From Octopus vulgaris (taxonomy: Eukaryota): 64,000 nucleotides of DNA. The stretch is taken from assembly GCA_951406725.2 (NCBI GenBank), contig OX597818.1, forward strand, positions 32,984,001 to 33,048,000. Direction: 5' to 3'. A program made the translations under genes and the position numbers. Shown piece by piece: positions 1 to 14,849 of the stretch; the first letter of the stretch is position 1; each line of letters begins with the position of its first letter. Under the pieces are notes generated by a model. It did not search any database and was not told where the DNA came from. It saw only the letters and a list, made by a program, of their open reading frames with translations.

Positions 1-81
1 CACACATATAGGTATATAATGTCTGTATTTGTGTGTGAGTGTGTGCATGTGCGTTTGTGTGCGTGTGTCTGTATATTTAGG

Positions 82-2118
<2,037 letters not shown>

Positions 2119-2436
2119 TTTTATGCTGTCTGAATTAGTGAGGCCTAATTCATAATCAAAATCGTTCGCTTATAGAATCAAGCATGAGTTTAATGCTCTT
2201 AAAATTTTGTATAAACCGTTTGCAAATCCATAGGCTTCGAGATGAAAATTAAAGAAAGGATCAAACAACAATTCGTAAGGGGGATTACGTACGGTAATGC
2301 TGCTGATTATGTTGGTGATGGTTTTAATTTTTAATGCCTCCCTTATTTTTACAAATAGGTGAATAAAATTTTAATTCAATATAGAGGAGATACTGGAGAT
2401 TAATTTGAATTAATCGTTTTTCATCATTCCTTTACA

Positions 2437-2960
2437 TTACGTATGAAAAATGACATCTTTTAAATGCCAACCATTTTCAGCTTTACACATACGTGCTCTT
2501 TCCAAAATATGTTCCATGACAGGGTTTCAGGGTTCATTTCCTTGATTTCTCTAGTGATATTCTACTTCAATCGCTCCAAAGTTTCTGGTTTGTTGACATG
2601 AACCTTCTCCTTGAGGTATTCCCAAGTCAGAGCTGTTCAAGTCTGGGGAACGCGATGACCAATTGACATCGCAGTAGCGAGAGATGATTCTTTCTCCAAA
2701 ATATTGCCTCAATAACTGTATTGTCTCTCATGCAGTATGAGGAGTTGCCTCATCTTGCTGGAACCAATTCACGGGCCTATTTTGAATGACTGGGCGCAAA
2801 AAAGTTCTCGATCATAGACCTGTACCGCTAACCAGTCACAGTTTACAGCACCCCCATTATCGTTCTCAAAGAAATAAGGCCCAACTATCTCATCACTGTA
2901 ATTTCACACCATACTGTACGCTTTATGGGCTGCAATTCACCACGGTGTTCTCTGGGTTTG
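2437..2960 (-). mobile_element. Decayed Tc1/mariner-superfamily transposase, DD41D (rosa/Visitor-like) type, C-terminal half
   Basis: Minus-strand translation with stops and frameshifts: TVWC..EIVGPYFFENDNGGAV..RYRSMIENF..WFQQDEATPHTA*ETIQLLRQYFGERIISRYCDVNWSSRSPDLNSSD / WEYLKEKVHVNKPETLERLK..NGWHLKDVIFHT*. There are 41 residues between the 2nd and 3rd catalytic D. Confidence 0.85.
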
Positions 2961-3855
2961 AATTATTGACCCCTGATATTGATAAAACAATTTCACCATT
3001 TGGGTGTGATGTGCGGTGCCGTAATTTGCAGGACCTAGTCCGAATAATCTCTGAAAAGAAAAAAGGTCAAAAAATAAAACAATGGTCAAAGATTGCAACC
3101 CCTCACTGACTTAAGATCCACTCTCTCTATATATATATCTGTGCCAGGAGTAGCTTATTGAAGATGGTCTGTGTTTCAGGCGGTATTGGTGCATATTAAT
3201 AAATAAATGTATATTTTCCTCACAAATAAAGCTATCAAATGGTTATTTGTAGCAAAATTAAGTAGTCGTGAACGCTATAATTAAATCGAATTATCGAATT
3301 TAAAATCTGTTATTTATAATTAATTAAAAAGCTAACTCTCAAAATTATCACCATATACTGTTCAGAATATTTATAGATAGATTAGTGAAGGTAAACATTT
3401 ATATTTTCGCCCACCATGTGTACATACGAGCAAATACGTGCGCGTGAACGACTTTTCCCTCCATTCTTTTTCCAAATAACCGAAATACAGAAGCACATGG
3501 TAAACCTGCAAATTTGGCTGATTTCTTTTCCTTATGAGTATAATTTTTAACTTCTTGCATTGTACCGGCTTTACAGAAAAAAATCTCTCTTCACACACGC
3601 GCGCGCATACACACACACAATATATATATACATGCATATATATGTATTATATATACATTTATCTATTATGACATATATATTTATTTATTATAATATATAT
3701 ATTTCATTTTGGGATTTGGTTTGCGACTCTCCTCAGACACAACAGAATACATATACTTTTATTCTTTTACTTGTTTGAGTTATTTGACTACGGTCAAGCT
3801 AGAACATTACTTTTAGTCGAACCAATCGACCCCTCGAATTATTCTTTGTACTTAT

Positions 3856-3947
<92 letters not shown>

Positions 3948-3949
<2 letters not shown>

Positions 3950-4195
3950 AGGTGCATGGCTTAGTGGTTAGGGTGTCAGCACTATGATCGTAAGATCGTG
4001 TTTCGATTCCTGGAAATGGCCACGCGTTGTGTTCTTGAGCAAAACACTTCATTTCACGTTGTTCTAGTCCACTCAGCTGGCAAAAATGAGTAACGCTGCG
4101 ATGGACTGGCGTCCCGTCCAGCTGGGGAACACTTACGCCATTGAAACCGGGAAAGCGGGCCCATGAGCCTGGCTAGGCTTTAAAAGGGCGCAAAA
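3948..4195 (+). mobile_element. tRNA-derived SINE, family C (CORE-like block plus V-domain-like gatggactggcgtcccgtccag)
   Basis: A box tggcttagtgg, B box gtttcgattcc, gttgtgttcttgagcaaaacacttcatttcacgttg core; related copies elsewhere in the window. Confidence 0.8.
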
Positions 4196-4307
4196 AGGGA
4201 AAAAATATGTATGTATGTATGTATACATATATGTGTATGTATACATATATATGTATGTATACAGACATACTCGTATGCATTCATACATAAATACATACAT
4301 ATATACA

Positions 4308-6065
4308 TGCCGAAAGAAGTCTACCGCAACCTATCATCAAATGATAGGATGAACATATATGAGCAGACGACCAAGCATGAATATGTTATTAGAAAGCTTC
4401 GAGTTGATAGTTACATCAAAGCAGTCTGTCATAGACCAGTAACCGGATTACTAACTCCCACTTTGAAGAGTGTGCGTTTTCAATCCAGGAAGAGGAAATA
4501 TCAGCCAATTACATAATGTACAAGAGGGATAGAAATGCAGGAAAAACAGTAACATGTTACAACTGATGCATACTTTGTGTAGTTAACACCGAATATATAA
4601 CACACATCATAAACTGTCGTCCTAAAATGTCATCATGGTATTATCTACAGATGAGATATGACGTTGTAGCTAGGACACTCTATAATGAAATCCGTCGGAA
4701 GGATAACTGCGCAGGAAAGAAATAAGAAACCACAGTATGGTAGAAGCCAGAGCTACTCATAATAATAAGGAATACTGGTGGAATGTACCAGTGAAGACCT
4801 CAATAAAAGGTAAGCGCAACAGACCTGAGATAATGATTTGGGATAGAGAAGAGAAACTGTGTACAGTGGTGGAAATTAGCTGCCCGGCGGATGTTAACAT
4901 AAAGCTGAAAATCAATGGAAATGAGAATATCTACCTTGATATATTGAGAAATCTGCAGTAACTCTATCTAGATTACAGGTTCAGGTTTATACCTGTAATT
5001 ATTGGGACACTGGGATATGTAAGATACTGTCTAATTACCAATTTTGAGAAATTAGGCTTCTGAAAACCAGGAAGGAGAAAGCTGATTCGAAGACAACAGA
5101 TCCAATCCAGCACTGGAACTGTAAACATTTGTAGAACTTTCCAGAAGTTCATCCTTTAAGTATATATGAACATGTCTATATTTGCAATTATATGCATGAA
5201 AATACATACATAAAAGAAAACATACAAACTTACACTTATACATACTTACATGCATACATACATACATACATACATTCATGCATACATATATACATACATG
5301 CATACATACTTGTATACATACATACATGCATACATACACACTTACATACATGCATACATACATGCATACATACATACATACATACATACATGCATAATAC
5401 ATACATACATGCATACATACATACATGCATTCACACATACATACATGCATACATACATACATACATACATACATACATACACACATACATGCATGCATTC
5501 ACACATACGTACCTACATACATGCATACATACATGCATAATACATACATGCATACATACATGCATCCATACACACATACATACATGCATACATACATACA
5601 TACATACATACATACATACATCCATACACACATACATACATGCATACATACATACATACATGCATACATACATTAATACATACATACATACATTAATACA
5701 TACATACATACATACATCCATACATACTTACATAAATACATACATACATTAATACATACATACATACATACATACATACATACATACATACATACATAAA
5801 TACATACATACATGCATGCATACATACATTAATACATACATACATACATTAATACATACATACATACATACATACATACATACATACATACATACATACA
5901 TACATACATACATGCATACATACATACATACATAAATACATACATACATGCATGCATACCCTGTTGCTGATGTTGAAATTCCAATAAAGGAGACTTGGAT
6001 CTAGGTTAGAAACCGGCTCTTTCTCTATTGGTATGAAACTTTGAAATAAAACTGAATAATGATAT
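4308..6065 (+). mobile_element. 5'-truncated RLE non-LTR retrotransposon (R4/Dong-like), decayed; coding remnant 4308-5159, followed by (TACA)n and a probable 3' UTR
   Basis: IQEEEISANYI..C-IL-C-VVNTEYIT-H-IIN-C (CCHC knuckle), MRYDVVAR (RHD-like), EYWWNVPVKT..NRPEIMIWDREEKLCTVVEISCPADVN (PD..E RLE motif), FIPVIIGTLG; ends ..RTFQKFIL* at 5159. Confidence 0.85.
5240..5957. repeat. Degenerate (TACA)n microsatellite, about 700 bp
   Basis: Visible tetranucleotide array with tgca/taat variants. Confidence 0.95.
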
Positions 6066-6448
6066 ACATATAGTCGGCAATGGCAGTTTTCGTCATCTTT
6101 AACAGCAACTGTGCACGAGCGAAATTTTAATAGATTCGGAACTTATTTTGTAATGTGTTCACTACAACTGCATGACTGGTTCGAGATCCGGGGGGAGCTT
6201 ACGGCAATTTTCCTAATCTAGCTTTAACGGGATAAGACTATATCATTATCTTTTGTCATATACTTGCTTCAGTCATTGACTGCGGCGCAGCTGGGGGACG
6301 GCCATGAGAAGTAGACTTCTTATAGAACACTTCATCACACATTTCCAGAGGGTTCTATAACTACGTTATGAATGTAAACAAAATACCTTTCTCTTGCACA
6401 AATCTATATACATACATATATATATATATAAATATATAAATATATAAG

Positions 6449-6519
<71 letters not shown>

Positions 6520-6521
6520 TT

Positions 6522-6650
6522 ATTTATTTTATAGAAGGAGCTTCTACAGGACTAGAACTGTTTCATTCAAAAGAAATCATCAGGAAGCCTGATGATTTCT
6601 TTTGAATGAAACAGTTCTAGTCCTGTAGAAGCTCCTTCTATAAAATAAAT
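6522..6650. repeat. Perfect fold-back palindrome, 63-bp arms and 3-nt loop
   Basis: 6522-6584 is the exact reverse complement of 6588-6650; loop aag. Confidence 0.95.
6540..6588 (-). ncRNA. Minimal type-I hammerhead ribozyme motif (Penelope-like-element type), C3-G8 core
   Basis: Minus strand: GCTTC-CTGATGA-t TTC tttt GAA t-GAA-ACAG ttctagtc CTGT-A/GAAGC. Stem I GCTTC:GAAGC, stem III ACAG:CTGT, GUA cleavage triplet; stem II is weak (U.U closing pair). Confidence 0.7.
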
Positions 6651-6753
6651 TAATTTACTCTGCTATGTATTGAGTACCTTATTTACTGTGGTTAACCCCG
6701 ACTCAACCCGGGACCTACATATATATATATATATATATACATACATACATATT

Positions 6754-6814
<61 letters not shown>

Positions 6815-6912
6815 CGCCCATAATATTATTATCAAATAATGTATATATGTATTTTAATACTTTTGTGACAACCAGTAGTTAACACAACAAAGCTTATACA
6901 AAGCTTTACGTT

Positions 6913-6958
6913 TTACTTTTGACGATCTTTTTCTAAAAATGTGAAACCGGTCAAGTGA
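6913..6958 (+). ncRNA. Degenerate minimal hammerhead motif (U3.G8)
   Basis: ttACTT-TTGACGA-tctttttctaaaaatgt-GAA-ACCGGT-C/AAGTga, followed by aataaa. Confidence 0.55.
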
Positions 6959-7037
6959 ATAAACATCTTTAAAATTGCATTTTCAAGCTTCTTTCATATA
7001 TATTTCCACTCGTGCGGTACCTTGCAACTTCAATTTG

Positions 7038-7104
<67 letters not shown>

Positions 7105-7392
7105 ATTGAGATAGGGGTTGTGAGTGCAACCCACGATGGGATACCCATATCTGCATGGGTGAAAAAGCTGTAAGATGTAGTTTATTTATATTTATTTATA
7201 TTCACTTATACATATTGTACTTATTGTATCATATTACTCATTGATGTCCATTGTCTTGTTCTATATTATTATGTTTGACCTTGATGTTCATATGTAGTGG
7301 TTTAATAAATTATGTGATTGGGTATTATCTGGTCGTTGATTATTGATTAAGGTGTATTTCTCCATTTTCTTATTTATGTATATATATATATG

Positions 7393-7450
<58 letters not shown>

Positions 7451-7531
7451 AAAGTTTGTTTGGTAAAGCACGTGGAAATCTCCTGGAAATAAAAACAACG
7501 ATAATTCCATGCAATATAAACATAACGTCAC

Positions 7532-7571
7532 AAGAAATTTGAAAAGCTACACTCGAAACCGGTAATTTCTT
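7532..7571 (+). ncRNA. Minimal hammerhead motif with U3-A8 core variant
   Basis: AAGAAAT-TTGAAAA-GctacactC-GAA-ACCGGT-A/ATTTCTT: 7-bp stem I, palindromic stem III, GUA site. Confidence 0.65.
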
Positions 7572-7705
7572 TAAAAATTTTAAAATTATGTCATTTTAAG
7601 GAAAGGGAAAAAAAATTTTTCCTATATTCTCCAGACATTTTGACACAAATATATATATTTTTTAACATTTAAGCCTTCTGTCGTTTTTTCACACTGTACT
7701 ATTTT

Positions 7706-8062
<357 letters not shown>

Positions 8063-8884
8063 GCGCACTCACATGCACCACCCCTACATATATATTTATA
8101 TGTTGGCTTGTTTCTGTGCATCTACATCTGTATATATATATGTCAAACAAACGTTATGTAGAGAATATTTACTAAGATGTAGTAAAGAATCAATACTGGT
8201 CCACGTTTGCAAGATAGTATTGTTATTGTCGATATGACGGTTCGGTCGCTATTTCACAAACCTCATGCGATCTTTAATTGTGATCCACCCCACTCCACGC
8301 AAACACGCACTCAAACACATAGACACACACACACATAGACACATACAAACGAACACACACAAACACACGTACGCACACACATATACGTATATAAAACTAT
8401 ATATTATTCATACACACAAATAACTACACAAATGTATTTGTATAACTGTATGTGTATATAAAGGCAGAAAGCGATTGACAGAGGCAGAGGCAGAGAGATA
8501 GTGAGAGACAGATAAAGAGGGAGAATGAAATTGAGAGAGTGAGAAAGAGAAGGTGAGAAAAACTTGAAAGTCAGAGAATAGAAGGAAAAATTAGCGGAAT
8601 TTGGTGGGGTATATATGTCACAAGTAAATAGACATGTCGACATGTCATCTCAGTAAAAATAACATGTCAAGTCTGGAGAAATGGTACGGAGTTAAATAAA
8701 AATTGCCTTCGCATAAACTGCCACACGCACACGCTTACACGCCACTCACCTACAGACACACACATATACACACCCATAATATAATAATATATATATGTAT
8801 GTATATACCCGTACATATATACATGCATATATATATATACACATTTATATATATATAAGTGTACAAATATACATGTATATATAT

Positions 8885-8919
<35 letters not shown>

Positions 8920-9039
8920 CATATATATAAATATATATAATATATATATATATTAATATATATGCACATATATACATATATACATATGTACATATGAATG
9001 TATATATATATAATGTATATAATATATATATATGTATAT

Positions 9040-9079
<40 letters not shown>

Positions 9080-9782
9080 GGGAACGTGAGAGGTGGCTAT
9101 ATAGGGAGGAGATTGTCCAAATGACATCAAATCTATTGTACATCTCTCCATATACATATATGTATATATTTGTACGTGTGAGTGTGAGTGTGTGTGTGTC
9201 TGTGTGTGTATTTGTGCGTGTGTCGTTGGTGGTATGAGTATCTGTAAAAAAAATTGTATGTGAAATATCTACGTGGCCAATGAACGTATGCTAACGCATG
9301 TCTGTAATCATTCAAATTTGTCGCTGGCATAATTTGATATATGCTGGCAGCATAGGAAGATAGGAAGACAGGAAGATAATTTCTGCAATAAGATTCCAAA
9401 GTCAACACCGTTTACCCCTGACAAAAATTACTCCAATTTCGAATCATATGACATTATGTTTTCATTTTCTGAAGATTCCCTCAATTATATATTTATACTT
9501 ATTTCATGTATTATCTAGGAGTTTTTTTTAATACATTTTATTGGTCTTTATTGTGGGATTTTCTTGCTGTTTTATTTTTTGCTAATAGTTTTTTTTTCCC
9601 TTTTATATGCCATTATATCTTTTTATCTGGATATGTTTTTCTCCTTCCTTTCTAGTTCTTCTACCTAACGTTTATTATCCTCATTGCCATTATCAATATT
9701 CTCTTCCGTGTATTCTGTTACTGGTTATTACACGTCACCAGGTCATTCGGAAGTGGTAAACAACATACATGTATACACGCAT

Positions 9783-9848
<66 letters not shown>

Positions 9849-9949
9849 TCGTGCATACAAAAACACAATAACATACATACATGCAAGGAATGAAATAATA
9901 AATGTATCAAATTTGCCTGTCAACCAAGATAAAAGAAATAAAACATAAC

Positions 9950-10191
9950 AGATCATCACCGTCGTCATCGTTACCATCATGATCATGATCACCGCCACCA
10001 CGGCCACCATCACCACCACCACCACCAGCAGCCACCTTGAACATGATCATCAACATCATCATCAACAAAATGACCATCATTATCATCATGATCATCATCA
10101 TCTTCCTTTTCTTCTTTATCAACTACTACGGCGAGTACTACTACTACTACTACTGCTTATTTTGATGATGAGAATAATATCAACAACAGCA

Positions 10192-10242
<51 letters not shown>

Positions 10243-10432
10243 GTAATAGTAGTAGTAGTAGTAGTAGTGGTAGTAGTGGTGCTGGTGGTGCTGGTGGTGA
10301 TGGTGGTAGTAGTAATGGTGGTGGTAGTAATCGTAGTAGTAGTAGTAGTAGTAGTAGTAGGAACGATGATGACGATGATGATGATAATAACAATAACAAC
10401 AACAACAACAACAACAACAATAATAATAATAT
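9950..10432. repeat. Compound trinucleotide tract (CAT/CAC/TAA/TAG/CAA)
   Basis: Visible trinucleotide repeats; poly-I/V/L/H ORFs are artefacts. Confidence 0.9.
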
Positions 10433-10889
10433 TTTTTTATTAGCCAGAAGTCGTATATAAAATTGCAATCAAACGTTTTAAGCGAAGGATTGCAAAAATG
10501 CTTGGAGCAACGTGATAAATAACGAGTGGATGGGCCAAGAAGCTATAAAACACGAGTATTAAACTTAAAAAAACCTGAATGAACATTTTTATAAATGGAA
10601 GAAGGGATATTACATAAGTAAAAACTCACAGGTAAACAACGTACACATTCTAAAATATGAAACATACTTTGAGTAACAAGCCGACACAAAGGTGAAAAGC
10701 CTCCTTGATGTGATGAACCACCAGACCCTGTGATACTGGCTATGGGCCGCACCTTGAAACTGGCATATCAACAGGTACCTGTGAGCAGCCTTGGAGTCGG
10801 GCTGGGCAATAAATATTCCAATATTCGCCTCGACTGATCATAGGCTACACTATGGTTTTCATTAGCAGTCCGTCATTTTGCAGGCTTGA

Positions 10890-11399
10890 GTGGAGGCGCA
10901 ATGGCCCAGTGGTTTGGGCCAAGGACTCGCGGCCGTAGGATCGCGGTTCCGATTCCGAGACCGGGCATTTTGAGTGTTTATTGAACGAAAACACCTAGAG
11001 CTCCACGTGTCTCCGGAAGTGGGTGGAGTTGAACCCTGCTGTATTCTTTCACCACAACTTTCTCCCACTCTATCTTCTTGTTTCTGTTGTAACTGTATTT
11101 CAAAGGGCCAGCCTTGTCACACTCTCTGTCACACTGACTCTCCCTGAGATCTACGTTAAGGGTACACGTGTCTGTGTAGTGCTCAGCCACTTGCGCGTTA
11201 ATAAATGAGCTGCGACGTCACTGGTGCCAAGCTGTATCGGCCTTTGCCTTTCCCTTGGATAACATCGGTAACGTGGAGAGGGGAGGCTGGTATGCATGGG
11301 CGACTGCTGGTCTTCCATAAACAACCTTGCCCAGACTTGTGCCTCGGAGGGTAACTTTCTAGGTGCAATCCCATGGTCATTCATGACCGAAGGGGGCTC
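10890..11399 (+). mobile_element. Chimeric tRNA-SINE: family D head and body plus family C 3' tail
   Basis: Head ggaggcgcaatggcccagtgg..ggttccgattcc; body matches 58365-58740(-). After about 11203 it switches to aaatgagctgcgacgtcactggtgccaagctg..gaccgaaggggg, as in 46791-47104(-). Confidence 0.8.
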
Positions 11400-12796
11400 C
11401 CAATCTTTTCGATTAATACCTTATGAACACCTTCATCCTGCAGATCATTTGGTTGCTCTGTTGTTAACTTATACTTTACGTGTGTGCGCTCGCATGTGTA
11501 TGTGTGTGTCTGCGAAGAAATACGAATTTATACAATCCTAGATGACTATGAGCTCCTTCTTACAATTTCCATTGCTTTTCCCACATGTGCTCTTCATGAT
11601 GGGTAGGGGTTACAATTTGTACTTTCAGCTTTTCCTTCTTTCTTCAGCGATCTGCCACCCATGTGATTTTGTTTTCCGTCTCTTTTTCATAGTTGCAAGA
11701 CAAATGCGGAACCGGAGGTGTTCAGTTTCCTGATCACCACATCGAACCGAAGACGAGATGGACTATTTCCGATGTTTCAATGATGTGATTTGTGGAGACC
11801 TTAGAACAAAAGTACAATGGCATTATCTTTTATTGATTGCAGTTCTACCTTCTGCACATCTTCTAGGCAGAAACACTTAGCTTTTCTTCGATAGGTGTAA
11901 CAGCTGAGAATTTGTAGAAGAAGGTCCAGTGGTGAAGGTTTTCTTTCAGCACTCAGGTACACAACTCGGGTTTCATTTTGTGGTGCTGAGGATTAATAGA
12001 GACTTTTATATGCATAGAACTACTGTCCGACTATGCTACTCCAAGTTTAACATCAGTGGTGAAACCCTGCTAATATTTGGCACAGAAGTAACAATGTGCT
12101 ATGAATGAAGGTTGATTTGAGTGTTTTTTAAAACTGACCCAGTGTGTAAAGAGTTAAGGTTGTTCCTTTACTGGTCAAGTTAGATTTAGTTACAAAATAA
12201 CTGTGTTTCAGTTCAGCTAAATACGTCTGGGTGTGTTTGTCTCTGAGATGACAGGATGAAATCAAAATTCCGTGTCTGCTGGATTGTTGACGACTTTAGA
12301 ACTGTTTTTGTTTGTTTGTTTGTTTCATAACCATGTCTCTTTAAAAAGATCCTCTGATAGAAAACAATGGGCTAGCGCCCTTGTACGTTTTTACGCATTT
12401 TGTAGATATTTCATAAATTTTTACTTTAATCTAATACAGATTCAAGATGGTGTATGAATACCGACACACATACATATATACATACATATACACAGACAGA
12501 CGAACACACGCACACACACACACACACACACAACACACACACACACACACACACGCACGTTTGTATCTATACACATGCACACACACACAGACACATGAAC
12601 ATACAGTTATGGAGATTCACATACAAGACTTCATGATTTTGGTTCAACGATACGATGATTATCATTTTCAGTAGTAGTATACCTGGTGACAAATACAAAC
12701 ATTTCCAGCGACGCAAATGGAAAAAAAATCTGCTTTGAGCATTAAATCGTACAATGGAGACAACTGTCTTCAGCTCTTAGCCAGAATTTGGCTAAG

Positions 12797-12828
<32 letters not shown>

Positions 12829-12918
12829 TTTTGAGAACATAAACTTTTTGTGGAGAATAGCGATTTGACGTCTATATCTAGCATGTTGACTGTCCACTTT
12901 TCGTGTGCAGTCCTTAAT

Positions 12919-12954
<36 letters not shown>

Positions 12955-13006
12955 GTAGTAACAGAAAAGAGGAATTTCGATTATCCCCACACGGTGAGTT
13001 GTAATG

Positions 13007-13298
13007 TATATAAGAAATTAAAAGAAGAAAATACGCACACTTACATAGTTTTAATATAATTTTTAATATATCGACCTGTTTCGCTATCGCTATTCATGAT
13101 ATTGTTTTATTTATTAGAATATATATTTTTTCTTAAGAAGAAATTTGGTCCATGTTGTGTGTGATGAAATTCACGAGAATATATATTCTAATAAATAAAA
13201 CAATATCATGAATAGCGATAGCGAAACCGGTCGATATATCAAAAATTATATTAAAACTATGTAAGTGTGCGTATTTACCTCTTTTAATTTCTTATATA
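13007..13298. repeat. Inverted repeat, about 121-bp arms (13007-13127 / 13178-13298), 50-bp spacer
   Basis: Arms are near-identical reverse complements with a few mismatches. Confidence 0.9.
13203..13237 (+). ncRNA. Minimal hammerhead motif with A3-U8 core variant (mirror copy at 13068-13102, minus strand)
   Basis: ATATC-ATGAATA-GC gata GC-GAA-ACCGGT-C/GATAT; the same core is present in both arms. Confidence 0.65.
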
Positions 13299-13339
13299 GT
13301 ATATATATATATAGAAAGAAGGATTGTCCACACAGCTAC

Positions 13340-13760
13340 TTATTGATAAAACATGCAAATATGAGATATTAGTGTCCAAAAATATAATATTGAAATATTA
13401 TATATTAAAAGATTAAAAGAAATGTAAATATTTCAGAGAAAACTTGAAGTTTAAAGGTAAAAAATTAACACTATTAAAAGTTAACGCTGAAATTAATAAC
13501 TGAGAATTACAAATTTTAAAATTTTCATTAAGATATACGGTGTGTTGAAAACTTCAAAATTACTAAATGAAAATAAATAGAAATAAGTAAATAAAGTAAA
13601 TTTAAATAAAGTAAATTTAAATAAAATGGAGAAACGAAACATAAAAGCATTATAAAAAAAATAAAAATAAAATTTAAAAGAGGAAACTTGAAAGATTAAA
13701 TTATTGAAAAACTTAGTAATTAATAATTTAAAAAACAACGATCAAAAAAATTATAAATGA
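13340..13760 (+). repeat. Very AT-rich unclassified repeat; diverged inverted copy at about 16030-16500
   Basis: Ordered shared motifs (ataaaacatgcaaa..tccaaaaat..gaaaa(c/t)ttga..gaatta(c/a)aaattttaaa..gtgttgaaaa) between the two copies. Confidence 0.6.
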
Positions 13761-13911
13761 TTAATTATTAAAAATAGAGGCATACATGAATAATTAAGGT
13801 ATACACACGCACATACACATGGATATGTGTGCATGTATATATGTATATAAGTATATATATATATGTGTGTGTGTGTGTGTATGTATGTATATATACATGT
13901 ATGTATGTGTA

Positions 13912-14250
13912 GGCGCAGATGGTTATGTGGTAAGTAGCTATGTAGTAAGCGGCGAAGTGGTAAGTCGCTTGCTTCCCAACCACATGGTCCTAGGTTCAGT
14001 CCCACTGCGTGGCATCTTGGACAAGTGTCTTCTACTATAGCCTCGGGACGACCAAACCTTGTGAGTGGATTTGGTGGACGGAAACTGAAAGAAACCCGTC
14101 TTAGCTGCTAGACAAAAGAGGCCGTTAGAATAAGTACTAAGCTTACAAATATACATTTCTTTAAGCTTACAAAGAACGAGTCTTGGCATCGATTTGTTCG
14201 ATGCCAGGCGGTGCTCCAGCATAGCCGCAGTCTGAAACAAGTAAAAAAAA
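13912..14250 (+). mobile_element. tRNA-SINE, family B (ggcgcaggagtggctgtgtggtaag head, CORE-like ccttgggcaagtgtc)
   Basis: Matches multiple copies in the window. Confidence 0.85.
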
Positions 14251-14252
14251 AG

Positions 14253-14427
14253 TATTTTCTTCTCTAGGAACAAGACCCCAGTGCGTAACTGGTACTTATT
14301 TAATCGACCCCGAATGGATGAAAGGCAAAGTCGACCTCGGCGAAATTTGAACTCAGAGCGCAACCGCAGGCGAAATACCGTTAAGCATTTCGCCCGGCGC
14401 GTTAACGATTCTGCCAGCTTGCCGTCT
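14253..14427 (-). mobile_element. Meta-domain-like SINE (family A) inserted in the family-B tail, with a 14-bp TSD
   Basis: gcctttcatcc..gggtcgat core; TSD tgaaacaagtaaaa at 14233-14246 and 14428-14441. Confidence 0.85.
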
Positions 14428-14451
14428 TGAAACAAGTAAAAGAATGAAAGA

Positions 14452-14454
<3 letters not shown>

Positions 14455-14531
<77 letters not shown>

Positions 14532-14571
14532 ATATATATGTATATATATGTATATGTATATATATATATAC

Positions 14572-14604
<33 letters not shown>

Positions 14605-14678
14605 CGTATATATATATACATATATATACATATATATATGTATATATATATATGCATATATATATATACATATATATG

Positions 14679-14731
<53 letters not shown>

Positions 14732-14775
14732 GTATATATACATATATGTATATATATACACGCATACACACACAC
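14455..14775. repeat. (TA)n microsatellite block
   Basis: Visible simple repeat. Confidence 0.95.
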
Positions 14776-14849
14776 ACCTGCTCATATGTGTACTTACGCT
14801 CCTGCCCCCACACATATATATGTGTTATGAGTGCACACTCTCTAGGTAC

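Noticed and set aside
3948-4020. tRNA-like sequences at SINE heads (also 10890, 47030-47104, 47479, 58670-58740)
   Set aside because: They have A/B boxes but continue into SINE bodies and lack a full cloverleaf; not tRNA genes.
11560-12160. Possible piggyBac-like end (..gtaaagagttaa) and Cys-rich remnant
   Set aside because: No matching second terminus or convincing transposase motif was found.
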